Shown here: positions 1 to 8,827 of the stretch, in pieces
Layout of the letters: every line of letters begins with the position of its first letter
Position numbering within the stretch: the stretch's first letter is position 1
NCBI GenBank assembly: GCA_050115495.1
Contig: JASFQK010000016.1
Location: 64,001-128,000 of the forward strand
DNA from: Phycisphaerae bacterium
GTDB taxonomy: Bacteria; Planctomycetota; Phycisphaerae; UBA1845; Fen-1342
DNA length: 64,000 nucleotides
Reading direction: 5' to 3'
The notes under the pieces: model-generated
Seen by the model: the letters and a program-made list of their open reading frames with translations, nothing else
Told to the model about the DNA's origin: nothing
The model's database searches: none
Program-made: the position numbers and the translations under genes

Positions 1-2
1 AT

Positions 3-428
3 CTGCTGCCCGAGTGGGACGAACTGGCAAAGGGGCTCAGAGGCATCCTGCTCGCCCGCGGCGAATACGATACCGCCGGCTGGCACCGGCCCGGTCTGGT
101 CGCCGTCTGTGCCTGGGAGCGCGACGTGTGGCAACGCGTCTGTGTCGAGCACTACGAAGAGCACGCGGACGTTTTTCGCCGGCTCGGCGTCCCCTGCGAG
201 CGTGCCGGCGACGTCGTCGTCTGCCAGTTCACCGACCAAGCAGTGCGCGACTACCAGCTCCTGCATATCCTGCTGCACGAGCTGGGCCACCACCACGATC
301 GAATCACCACGCGTAGCAAGGTCGACGCCGCCCGCGGCGAAGGCTACGCCGAGCGCTATGCGTTGAAGTACATGGACGAAATCTGGCACCGCTACGCGGA
401 GCGGTTCGGGCTGCCGGGCCTATCGTGA
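3..428 (+). CDS. Hypothetical protein with zincin-like HExxH motif (5'-partial)
   Basis: Frame is open from base 3 (LLPEWDELAKG...) to the stop at 428 and contains LLHELGHH. Confidence 0.7.
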   Translation: MLPEWDELAKGLRGILLARGEYDTAGWHRPGLVAVCAWERDVWQRVCVEHYEEHADVFRRLGVPCERAGDVVVCQFTDQAVRDYQLLHILLHELGHHHDRITTRSKVDAARGEGYAERYALKYMDEIWHRYAERFGLPGLS

Positions 429-514
429 CGTGCGGCGCGAGTGGATAATGAAAACGTGCTAACCCTGATCTGACGTTTGAGCGTGGGAATGACGTTGGTC
501 CTCGCGACCGGCGC

Positions 515-603
515 GTAGCGTCGGCCCCCCGTGGCCGACGTGGAATGCGAACGACGCTGGATCTCGCGGCTGGCGTGTAGCGTCGGCCCCCCGTGGCCGA
601 CGT
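515..603 (+). repeat. Two tandem GTAG-type REP hairpins (515-541, 577-603)
   Basis: GTAG-CGTCGGCC-CCCCGT-GGCCGACG-T occurs twice; perfect 8-bp stem after a GTAG tetranucleotide. Confidence 0.85.
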
Positions 604-640
604 CGAAGACGAAGAACACCCCGCCGTTGGGAGCAACCGC

Positions 641-864
641 ATGCGGCCGCCTCGGCGAAAGACACCGCTTCGCGACCTGACGACCTATGGTCGCGGACGC
701 GCCGTGCGGCTGCCGGACTGTGATTACGTCGGCGAGATCGACCTGCATGTGACGCTTTGCGCTGACCGTGGCACGCCTTTTCGCGACGTTGCCGTGGCAA
801 GCATGATCTGTGACAACGTGGAGTTTTATTGCCGGAAGCTGGCGTATCGGCTCTATGGGTTCAC
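641..864 (+). pseudogene. Truncated REP-associated tyrosine transposase (RAYT, Y1_Tnp family), N-terminal fragment
   Basis: RLPDCDYVGEIDLHVTLCADRGTPF...YRLYGF matches the RAYT N-terminal pattern (RLxxxDY...xTxC...LYxx); homology stops just before the expected MPDHxH motif and runs into a REP. Confidence 0.7.
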
Positions 865-890
865 GGTCGGCCACGGAGGGCCGGCGCTAC
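865..890 (-). repeat. GTAG-type REP, inverted relative to the 515/577 copies
   Basis: Reverse complement reads GTAGCGCCGGCCCTCCGTGGCCGACC. Confidence 0.8.
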
Positions 891-958
891 GGGTTGAGGT
901 GCGTGGGCGTGTTGGCCGGTACAATGGCCCGTCTGGAGCCTGGTCACTTTGGAGTTGA

Positions 959-2938
959 ATGATGCCTCAGACACTTATCGAGAAGATCGCCCAGCGGTAT
1001 GCCGTCGGGCTGGCCGGGGGGCATGAGGTTCGGGCCGGCGACTTTCTGTCGATTCGGCCGGCGCACGTGATGACGCACGACAACACGTCGGCGGTCATCC
1101 CGAAGTTCAAGTCCATGGGCGCGACGCGCGTCGCCGATCCGGACCAGCCGGTGTTCGCCCTGGACCACGACATCCAGAACACCGCGGCCGACAACGTCGC
1201 CAAATACGACAAGATCCGGGCCTTCGCCAAGGAGCAGGGCATCGCCTTCCATCCGGCGGGGCGGGGCATCGGCCACCAGATCATGCTCGAAGAAGGCTTC
1301 GTGCTGCCGGGGTCGTTCGTCGTCGGCTCCGACTCGCATTCGAACATCTACGGGGCGCTGGGCGCCCTGGGTACGCCGGTTGTTCGTACCGACGCCGCCG
1401 CCATCTGGGCCACCGGTCGCACGTGGTGGCAGGTGCCCGAGGTGGTCAAGGTGACGCTGCAAGGGGCGCTGGCTCCCGGCGTGACCGGCAAGGACGTGAT
1501 CATCGCCCTGATCGGCACGTTCGTGAATGACGAGGTGCTGAACTGCTGCCTCGAATTCACCGGTCCCGGCGTGGCCGCGCTCGGGGTTGAAGAGCGCATG
1601 ACCATCGCCAACATGACGACCGAATGGGGGGCGCTCGCCGGCGTCTTCCCGTACGACAAGGTCACGCGCGAGTACCTGCTCGCCCGGGCTGAGCACTTCA
1701 AGGAGCGCGGCGACGCTCGCCCGCGGTTGACGCCGGAGCTGGTGGCCAAGCTCGACGCCGAGGCGCTGGCCGCGGATGCGCGAGCTGCCTATGCGAAGGA
1801 GCTGACGTTCGACCTGTCGGCGGTGACGCCGTTCGTCGCCGGCCCGAACGAGGTCAAGACGATCGCTCCGGTCGGCGAGCTCGAAGCCCGCGACATCCGC
1901 ATCGACAAGGCCTTCCTGATGAGCTGCGTGAACGGCCGGTTGCAGGACTTCGCGGCGGCGGCGGAAGTGATGGAAGGCCGCCGGGTCGCCAAGCACGTGA
2001 AGCTGTACATCGCCGCCGCTTCGAACGAGATCGAGGAAGAGGCGAAGCGGCTTGGCTACTGGGGCAAGCTGGTGGCGGCGGGGGCGATCGTGCTGCCGGC
2101 GGGCTGCGGCGCGTGCATCGGCCTTGGCGATGGCGTTCTCGCGGACGGCGAGGTGGGCATCTCGGCCACCAACCGCAACTTCAAGGGCCGCATGGGCTCA
2201 CGTGAGTCGTTCGTGTACCTGGCCAGTCCAGCGGTGGTGGCGGCGTCGGCGGCGGCGGGTCGGATCGCCGGCCCGCGGGCCGATGCGCGACCTGCGCAGG
2301 AGCTGCGCGAAGCGGTGCGCAGGTCGGCGGAGTGCCACGTGAATCGGCTGGAACGGCCGGCGGCCCGCGTCGAGATCATCGACGGCTTCCCGAAGGCGAT
2401 CGAGGGCGAACTGCTGTTCGTGCCGAAGGACAACATGAACACCGACGGCATCTACGGCAAGGAGTATACGTACCAGGAAGGCCTCACGCCGGAGCAGATG
2501 GCCAAGGTCGCCATGGCGAACTACGACCCGGCGTTCCAGGAGCTGGCCGAGGACGGCGACGTCCTGGTCGGCGGGTACAACTTCGGGTCGGGCTCGTCGC
2601 GCGAGCAGGCGGCGACGGCCCTGAAGTACCGCGGCTTGCAGCTCATCATCGCCGGCTCGTTCTCGCAGACGTACAAGCGTAACGCGTTCAACAACGGCTA
2701 CATTTGCCTCGAGTGCCCGCAGCTTGTCGACGAGTTGCGGGTCGAGTACCGCGAGGACAAGCGGCTGACCATCCGCACCGACCGACCGACGGTCGTCGAT
2801 TTCATCGAGTCGAAGATTACGTGCGACGGTGTCGGGTATCCGTTCGCTGCGCTCGGCGAGGTGGCCCAGCAGCTCATCGCCCAGGGCGGCTTCGAGCCGG
2901 TGATTCGGCAGCAATTGGCGGAATTGGGTAAGAAATAG
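959..2938 (+). CDS. lysF: Homoaconitase-like aconitase-family hydratase (large and swivel domains fused)
   Basis: MTHDNT, LDHDIQN, GSDSHSN, SCVNGR, GCGACIGLG, ATNRNFKGRMG, NTDGIY and GSGSSREQA motifs; N-terminus resembles fungal-type Lys4/LysF. Confidence 0.8.
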   Translation: MMPQTLIEKIAQRYAVGLAGGHEVRAGDFLSIRPAHVMTHDNTSAVIPKFKSMGATRVADPDQPVFALDHDIQNTAADNVAKYDKIRAFAKEQGIAFHPAGRGIGHQIMLEEGFVLPGSFVVGSDSHSNIYGALGALGTPVVRTDAAAIWATGRTWWQVPEVVKVTLQGALAPGVTGKDVIIALIGTFVNDEVLNCCLEFTGPGVAALGVEERMTIANMTTEWGALAGVFPYDKVTREYLLARAEHFKERGDARPRLTPELVAKLDAEALAADARAAYAKELTFDLSAVTPFVAGPNEVKTIAPVGELEARDIRIDKAFLMSCVNGRLQDFAAAAEVMEGRRVAKHVKLYIAAASNEIEEEAKRLGYWGKLVAAGAIVLPAGCGACIGLGDGVLADGEVGISATNRNFKGRMGSRESFVYLASPAVVAASAAAGRIAGPRADARPAQELREAVRRSAECHVNRLERPAARVEIIDGFPKAIEGELLFVPKDNMNTDGIYGKEYTYQEGLTPEQMAKVAMANYDPAFQELAEDGDVLVGGYNFGSGSSREQAATALKYRGLQLIIAGSFSQTYKRNAFNNGYICLECPQLVDELRVEYREDKRLTIRTDRPTVVDFIESKITCDGVGYPFAALGEVAQQLIAQGGFEPVIRQQLAELGKK

Positions 2939-3071
2939 CGGGCGTCGCGCGCCTTTTGGCGCCGGCCCGGAGAGCGGCGACCGGTAGGGCGGGTTCCACC
3001 CGCCGGCTGCTTCGTTGCGGGAAGAACATCGGTTTCACGTGGAACCGAGCTGAGCCTGACAGGGGTATGGC

Positions 3072-4013
3072 GTGTCCGACCGACCGTTGCACGTGGTGAC
3101 GGGTGCGCTGGGCTATTCCGGCCGGGCGATCACGGAGCGTTTGCTGGCCCGCGGGATTCGCGTGCGGACGCTCACGAACTCGCCGAACCGGCCGCATCCG
3201 TTCGGCGAGGCCCTGGAGATCCACCCGCTGGCGTTCCAGGAGCCGGAGCGGCTGGTCGCGTCGCTGCGCGGCGCGGCCGTGCTCTACAACACGTACTGGG
3301 TCCGTTTCGACCACCGGCTGTTCACGTTCGCGCAGGCGGTGGCGAACACAAAGGCGCTCTTCGAAGCCGCGGCCGCCGCCGGCGTGGGGCGTATCGTGCA
3401 CGTCAGCATCCTGCATCCGGAAGGCGGGCGCGGGCTGGCGTACTACGAGGGCAAGGCGGAACTGGAGCGAGCCCTGCACGGCGTCGGCGTTCCGCATGCG
3501 ATTCTGCGGCCCGGTGTGCTGTTCGGCCGCGGCGACATCCTGGTGAACAACATCGCCTGGATGCTGCGGCACCTGCCGGTCTTCGGCGTTTTCGGCGACG
3601 GCCGGTACGCTCTACGGCCGTTGCACGTGGATGACTTCGCCGACCTGGCGGTGGCGCAGGGGTTGCGCGAGGACGAAGCGGTGGTCGACGCCGTGGGGCC
3701 GGAGACGTTTACGTACCGCGAACTGGCGGCGACGCTGGGACGCATCCTGGGCGTTCGGCGGCCGATCGTGCGGGTGTCGCCGGTGCTGGGGTATTGGTGT
3801 GCCCGGCTGCTGAATCCCGTGGTGGGCGACGTGGTCATCACGCGGGAGGAGATTGCCGGACTGATGCGCGGCCTGCTAACATCAGACGCACCCGCCGCCG
3901 GTCCGACGCGGTTGACGGACTGGGCGACGGAGCACCGTGACCATCTCGGCCGGCGATACGCGAGCGAAGTCCGGCGGCGCGTGCGGCGAGATGTGGCGTA
4001 CGAGGCGGTGTAG
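3072..4013 (+). CDS. NAD(P)-binding atypical SDR / epimerase (NDUFA9-like)
   Basis: VTGALGYSG Rossmann motif, YxxxK (YYEGK), ILRPGVLFG, VGPETFTYREL. Confidence 0.85.
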   Translation: MSDRPLHVVTGALGYSGRAITERLLARGIRVRTLTNSPNRPHPFGEALEIHPLAFQEPERLVASLRGAAVLYNTYWVRFDHRLFTFAQAVANTKALFEAAAAAGVGRIVHVSILHPEGGRGLAYYEGKAELERALHGVGVPHAILRPGVLFGRGDILVNNIAWMLRHLPVFGVFGDGRYALRPLHVDDFADLAVAQGLREDEAVVDAVGPETFTYRELAATLGRILGVRRPIVRVSPVLGYWCARLLNPVVGDVVITREEIAGLMRGLLTSDAPAAGPTRLTDWATEHRDHLGRRYASEVRRRVRRDVAYEAV

Positions 4014-4062
4014 GGCCGGACGTGCGGGCCGAACAACGTGGAAGTGAATCCGGGAGACTGGG

Positions 4063-4347
4063 ATGGACGGAACGCGAGATCGGCAGAAGAAGCTCTCGGC
4101 CGCGGTCAGCAAGATCTTGTTCAACGAATGGGATCCGATCGACGTCCACGACGAAGGCTGCCCGAGCGACGAATACGACTCGCATGTTCCGGGCGTTTGC
4201 CGGTTACTGAACCAGGGTGCGAGCGCGCAGGAAATTGCCGAGCATCTGGCCATCGTCGCCCGCGACATCATCGGTACTGATGGCGCGACCACAGAGACGG
4301 AGCTACCAATCGCACGGCGACTGGTTGAGCTTGTCCGCGAGACATAG
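4063..4347 (+). CDS. Small hypothetical protein (DUF1871-like)
   Basis: WDPIDV...DEYDS motif; GGGAG RBS upstream. Confidence 0.65.
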   Translation: MDGTRDRQKKLSAAVSKILFNEWDPIDVHDEGCPSDEYDSHVPGVCRLLNQGASAQEIAEHLAIVARDIIGTDGATTETELPIARRLVELVRET

Positions 4348-4389
4348 CCGCTCCCGGCCGCGTGCCGCAGGACGACTACAGGAGAAACC

Positions 4390-4968
4390 ATGATTGCCGA
4401 GACTGACATCAACAAGCTGTTTGCCTCCGTTCTGGAACGTATCAAGAACAAGGACCTGCGCGACAAGGTCGTCAAGACGTGGACGCTCGCTTGCGAGCGC
4501 GGCGGGTGGCAGAGCGTCGACGAACTGAAGAAGATGCCCTTCACGCTGCTGGTCGACACGCATGGCATCAACTTCATCGAGCACACGATCGCCGTCACGG
4601 AGGGCGCTTGCGGGCTGGCGCGGGCGCAGGAAGAGGCGTACGCAAAGATGCCGTACGCGGTCGACTACGATCGGCTGCTCGCCGGCGGGTTGCTGCACGA
4701 TGTCGGCAAGCTGCTGGAAACGGAGAAGGACGGCAAGGGCGGCTTCCGCAAGAGCCGCGGTGGCCAGTGCCTGCGTCATCCGATCTCCGGTACGACAATC
4801 GCCCACGAGGCCGGCATCCGTGATGAGGTGGTTCTCAACACGATTGCCTGTCACGCGAAGGAAGGTGAAGGCGCGCCGAAGTGCCTGGAGACTGTCTTGA
4901 TTCACCAAGCGGACTTTGCGACCTTCGATCCGCTCGTGGCGAAGGGAAAGGGCGCTTTGATTGAGTAG
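4390..4968 (+). CDS. HD/HDIG-domain metal-dependent phosphohydrolase
   Basis: IEHT...LLHDVGK...RHPISG...IACH...HQAD; AGGAG RBS. Confidence 0.88.
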   Translation: MIAETDINKLFASVLERIKNKDLRDKVVKTWTLACERGGWQSVDELKKMPFTLLVDTHGINFIEHTIAVTEGACGLARAQEEAYAKMPYAVDYDRLLAGGLLHDVGKLLETEKDGKGGFRKSRGGQCLRHPISGTTIAHEAGIRDEVVLNTIACHAKEGEGAPKCLETVLIHQADFATFDPLVAKGKGALIE

Positions 4969-4974
4969 CGGCGA

Positions 4975-5006
4975 AGCCGTCAGCCATCAGCCGTCAGCCT
5001 TCAGCC
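4975..5006 (+). repeat. Heptamer tandem repeat (TCAGCCN)n upstream of the four-helix-bundle gene
   Basis: agccgtcagccatcagccgtcagccttcagcc. Confidence 0.85.
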
Positions 5007-5059
5007 GAAGATCGCGGGCCGAACGCTGCTGGCTGTTGGTGGGCGGCTTGGAGAGTGTC

Positions 5060-5419
5060 ATGCAGGACTTCCGGGAATTGAAGGTCTGGCAGAAGGCACA
5101 CGAGTTGACGCTGGCCGTCTACCGTGCGACGGCTGCCTTCCCGCGGGAAGAGCTGTATGGAATCGTGAGCCAGATACGCCGGGCAGCGTCGTCGATTCCG
5201 GCGAACCTCGCGGAGGGCCGCTGTCGGCGCACCGACCGCGACTTTGGCCGTTTCGTCGGTATTGCGCTAGGCTCCGCAAGCGAGGTCGAGTACCACGTGC
5301 TTCTGGCACGCGATCTGGAGTTCCTGGAACCGGCGGCCTACGGTAGGCTGAGCGAGCAAGTGGAAGAAGTGAAGCGCATGTTGTCGGCCTTGTATGATCG
5401 GCTGATGGCTGATGGCTGA
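5060..5419 (+). CDS. Four helix bundle protein (23S rRNA IVP / TIGR02436-like)
   Basis: MQDFRELKVWQKAHEL...FPREELYGIVSQIRRAASSIPANLAEG...IALGSASEVEY. Confidence 0.93.
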   Translation: MQDFRELKVWQKAHELTLAVYRATAAFPREELYGIVSQIRRAASSIPANLAEGRCRRTDRDFGRFVGIALGSASEVEYHVLLARDLEFLEPAAYGRLSEQVEEVKRMLSALYDRLMADG

Positions 5420-5426
5420 GGGCTAA
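5400..5426 (-). repeat. Heptamer tandem repeat (GGCTGAT)n, inverted partner of 4975-5006
   Basis: ggctgatggctgatggctgagggctaa overlaps the stop codon. Confidence 0.8.
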
Positions 5427-5431
5427 GGACC

Positions 5432-7252
5432 ATGAGCAAGACGATTATTGAGAAGATCATCGCCAGCCACGCCGGCCACGACGTTCGGCCCGGCGATATT
5501 GTGGATGTTCGTATCGACGCCCGGGTGGCCCGCGATTTCGGCGGAGCCAACGTGGTCAAGAACATCGAGCAGGCCGAGCTCGGTATCGCCGACCCGGCGT
5601 GCACGTACTTCACGTTCGACTGCAACCCCGGTGGCTCGGACCAGAAGTACGCCGCCAACCAGCAGACGTGCCGCCAGTACGCTCGCCGACAGGGCATCCG
5701 CCTCTGCGACGTGGACGCCGGCATCGGCACGCACCTGGCGATGGAACTGGGGTTCGTCGGGCCGGGGCAGACACTCGTCTCGACCGACTCGCACGCGAAC
5801 ATCATGGGCGCGATCGGCGCGTTCGGGCAGGGCATGGGCGACCAGGACATCGCCCATGCGTTCGCCCACGGCACCGTATGGTTCAAGATCCCGCCCACGC
5901 AGCGCATCCGGCTGACCGGGCAGCCGTCCAAGGCGGCGACGCCGAAGGATGTGGCGTTGGCGCTCTGCCGGCACTTCGGGGCGAACGGGTTGCTGGGCTA
6001 TGCGGCGGAGTTGTACGGGCCGTACGTGGACGGGCTGGACGTCGCCGGCCGGGTGACGCTGGCTTCGATGTGCACGGAGATGGGCGGGATCATCCTGATG
6101 CTGCCGCCGAATGAGGCCGTGCTGGACTTCTGCCGCGAGGCCTGCGGGCGTGAGCTGGAGCCGGTCTACGCCGACAAGGACGCGGTCTATGCGGAAGAGG
6201 TGGAGATCGATCTGAGCGGTCTGGAGCCGCTGGTGGCGCGGCCCGGGCAGCCGGAGGACGTGGTGCCCCTGTCGGAAGTGGCGGGGACGAAGATCGACTC
6301 GGCGTTCATCGGTTCGTGCACGAACGGGCGGTTCGAGGATATCGCCGCCGCGGCGCGGATTCTGAAGGGTCGGCACGTGGCGCCGGGCGTCGTGCTGAAG
6401 ATCGTGCCGGCGACGGACGGTGTTTGGCGGCGGCTGCTCGATGAGGGGTTGCTGCGCGTGCTGAAGGAGGCCGGGGCGCTCGTGGGGAACGCGGGTTGTG
6501 CGGGTTGTGCCGCCGGCCAGATCGGTCAGAACGGTCCGGGTGAGGTCACGGTGAGCACGGGCAACCGCAACTTCCCCGGCAAGCAGGGCAAGGGCAGCGT
6601 CTACCTGGCGTCGCCGGAGACGGCGGCGGCTTCGGCCATCGCCGGCGTTATCGCTGCCAGCGACCGGATGCCGGCGGAAGTGGCCACGTTCGCGGCGGCG
6701 CGGGCGCCGGCTTCGCGGCCGGCGGCGGCTGCGGCGGCCCGGGCGGTGGCGCGGTTCCGGCCGACGAAGCTGCGCGGCCGGGTGTGGCGAGTCGGGCGCG
6801 ACAACATCGACACGGACATGATCTATCACAACCGCCATCTGGCCGTCACCGATGCCCGTGAGATGGGGCAGTACGCGTTCGGCAACCTGCCCGACTGGGA
6901 GGATTTCCCGCAGAAGGTCCAGGCCGGCGACATCATCATCACGGGGCGGAACTTCGGCTGCGGCAGCTCGCGGCAGCAGGCGGTCGATTGCTTCCAGACG
7001 CTGGGCGTGTCGGCAATCATCGCCGAGTCGTTCGGGGCGATCTACGAGCGCAACGCGATCAACGCTGGCCTGGCCATCATGACCGCTGGCGTGGAAGCGT
7101 CCGGGCTGGCCACGGGCGATGAGATCGAGGTGGACCTGGAAACGGGTCTCATTCGGCGGCCGGCGGACGGGATGGAAGTTCAGGGCGAGCCGCTGTCGAC
7201 GGCGCAGATGGCGATCTATCAGCGTGGCGGGTTGCTGGTGCGCGTGGCCTGA
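5432..7252 (+). CDS. Aconitase / 3-isopropylmalate dehydratase family protein (LeuC- and LeuD-like domains fused)
   Basis: STDSHAN, FIGSCTNGR, GCAGC, STGNRNFPGKQG, YLASPETAAASA, NIDTDMI, NFGCGSSRQQA; Ala/Pro linker between domains. Confidence 0.88.
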   Translation: MSKTIIEKIIASHAGHDVRPGDIVDVRIDARVARDFGGANVVKNIEQAELGIADPACTYFTFDCNPGGSDQKYAANQQTCRQYARRQGIRLCDVDAGIGTHLAMELGFVGPGQTLVSTDSHANIMGAIGAFGQGMGDQDIAHAFAHGTVWFKIPPTQRIRLTGQPSKAATPKDVALALCRHFGANGLLGYAAELYGPYVDGLDVAGRVTLASMCTEMGGIILMLPPNEAVLDFCREACGRELEPVYADKDAVYAEEVEIDLSGLEPLVARPGQPEDVVPLSEVAGTKIDSAFIGSCTNGRFEDIAAAARILKGRHVAPGVVLKIVPATDGVWRRLLDEGLLRVLKEAGALVGNAGCAGCAAGQIGQNGPGEVTVSTGNRNFPGKQGKGSVYLASPETAAASAIAGVIAASDRMPAEVATFAAARAPASRPAAAAAARAVARFRPTKLRGRVWRVGRDNIDTDMIYHNRHLAVTDAREMGQYAFGNLPDWEDFPQKVQAGDIIITGRNFGCGSSRQQAVDCFQTLGVSAIIAESFGAIYERNAINAGLAIMTAGVEASGLATGDEIEVDLETGLIRRPADGMEVQGEPLSTAQMAIYQRGGLLVRVA

Positions 7253-7309
7253 CGCCGACCGTTCGCGATACCGTCCAGAGCCGAAGAACACGTGCGAGGG
7301 TCGATCGTC

Positions 7310-8683
7310 ATGGGAACCGTCACGGAAACGTTGGCTCGCTGGGCGGCGGAACTCGAATGGGATGACCTCACGCCGGAGGCCATCGACGCCGCCAAGCTCT
7401 TCCTCTACGACTCGCTCGGCTGTGCGCTCGGTGGTTATCAGACGGCCGACGTCAAGATCTACCTCGAACACACGCTCGACCTCGGCGGGAACGAGGCGTG
7501 CACGCTGATCGGTTCGGGTCGGCGGACCAGCCCGAGCATCGCCGCCCTCGGCAACGCCCTCATGATCCGGGCGCTCGACTACAACGACATCTACTGGAAG
7601 CAGGACCCGTCGCACCCGAGCGACCTGATCCCCGCCGCCACCGGCTTCGCCGAACGCGACCACCGGGCCGGTAAGGACCTCATCACGGCGATCGTGCTGG
7701 CGTATGAGATCGAGATGCGGCTGTGCGAATTTGCCGTCCCGGGCATTCGCGAGCGCGGCTGGCACCACGCGACGTTGACGGCCATCGCGGCACCGATCGT
7801 CGCCGGCTGGATGCTGGGGTTGTCGTGGCGGCAGATGCAGCATTCGATCGGTATCTCCGCGTGTCACCAGGCGACGTTCGGCGCCGCCGTCGCCGGCAAG
7901 CTGACCATGATGAAGAACACGGTCGATCCGCTGGCAACGCAGGGTGGGGTCGAGGCGGCTATGCTGGCCCGGCGGGGCTACACGGGGCCGGAGGGCGTGC
8001 TCGACGGGAAAGAGGGGCTGATGCACTGCCTCGGCCCGGAGTGGGATCTCGGCAAGCTGACCGACGGGCTCGGCGATCGGTTCAAGATCGCGGATTGCGG
8101 GATGAAGTCGTATCCGGTCGAGGCCCTGATGCACTCGCCGCTGTCGGCGACGCTGCACCTGGTGCACGAGCACGGGTTGCGGGCGGAGGACGTGCAGGAG
8201 GTGCTCGTCGAGAGCATCGCCCGGGCGGCGGATATCCTCTCCGATCCGGCGAAGTACGACCCGCAGAGTCGCGAATCCGCCGACCATAGCCTGCCGTACA
8301 GCATCGCCGCCGCCTTGGCCGAGGGGCGGGTGACGCCGGTGGAGTTCACGGAGGAGAAGCTCTGGGACGAGCGGCTGCGGGCGCAGATGAAGAAGGTGCG
8401 GGTGGTGGCGAACGAGGAGTTCGAGCGGGCCTTCCCGGCGAGGCAGTGCGCGCGGGTGACGATCACGCTGGCGGATGGGCGGAAGGTGACGCGGCAGGTG
8501 GACGTGCCCAAGGGCGACCCGCGCGACCCGATGACGCCGGACGAGGTGCAGACGAAGTTCGACGCGCTGGCGGATCCGGTGATGAGTGCGTCGCGGCGGT
8601 TGGCACTGAAGGATGCGGTGTTCGGGTTGGAGCGGGAGGAGGATTGCGCCCGGCTCCTGCAACTCTGCGCGGCCGACCGCTGA
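7310..8683 (+). CDS. prpD: MmgE/PrpD family protein (2-methylcitrate dehydratase-like)
   Basis: DSLGCALGG, RALDYNDIY, SHPSD, RGWHH, KSYPVE, SADHSLPY, PKGDPRDPM. Confidence 0.88.
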   Translation: MGTVTETLARWAAELEWDDLTPEAIDAAKLFLYDSLGCALGGYQTADVKIYLEHTLDLGGNEACTLIGSGRRTSPSIAALGNALMIRALDYNDIYWKQDPSHPSDLIPAATGFAERDHRAGKDLITAIVLAYEIEMRLCEFAVPGIRERGWHHATLTAIAAPIVAGWMLGLSWRQMQHSIGISACHQATFGAAVAGKLTMMKNTVDPLATQGGVEAAMLARRGYTGPEGVLDGKEGLMHCLGPEWDLGKLTDGLGDRFKIADCGMKSYPVEALMHSPLSATLHLVHEHGLRAEDVQEVLVESIARAADILSDPAKYDPQSRESADHSLPYSIAAALAEGRVTPVEFTEEKLWDERLRAQMKKVRVVANEEFERAFPARQCARVTITLADGRKVTRQVDVPKGDPRDPMTPDEVQTKFDALADPVMSASRRLALKDAVFGLEREEDCARLLQLCAADR

Positions 8684-8827
8684 CCGCTCGCCCCCGCCTC
8701 GTTGCCTGGTTGCCTCGTTGTCTTCTTCCGTTTGCTTTGTCCTCCCCGAAACGCTACGCTGAGAATTCGGTTGGCGGTGAGCAGATCCTGCACCGCCCGC
8801 AGGGGGCCCGCTCAGAGGAGGGTGACC

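Noticed and set aside
515..603. Direct repeats with a 35-bp spacer resembling a mini-CRISPR
   Set aside because: Only two units, no cas genes, and the same unit is dispersed singly through the window; it fits REP elements.
5060..5419. Four-helix-bundle gene as the Avd of a diversity-generating retroelement driving the paralogue arrays
   Set aside because: No reverse transcriptase and no template/variable repeat pair with adenine-specific differences were seen.
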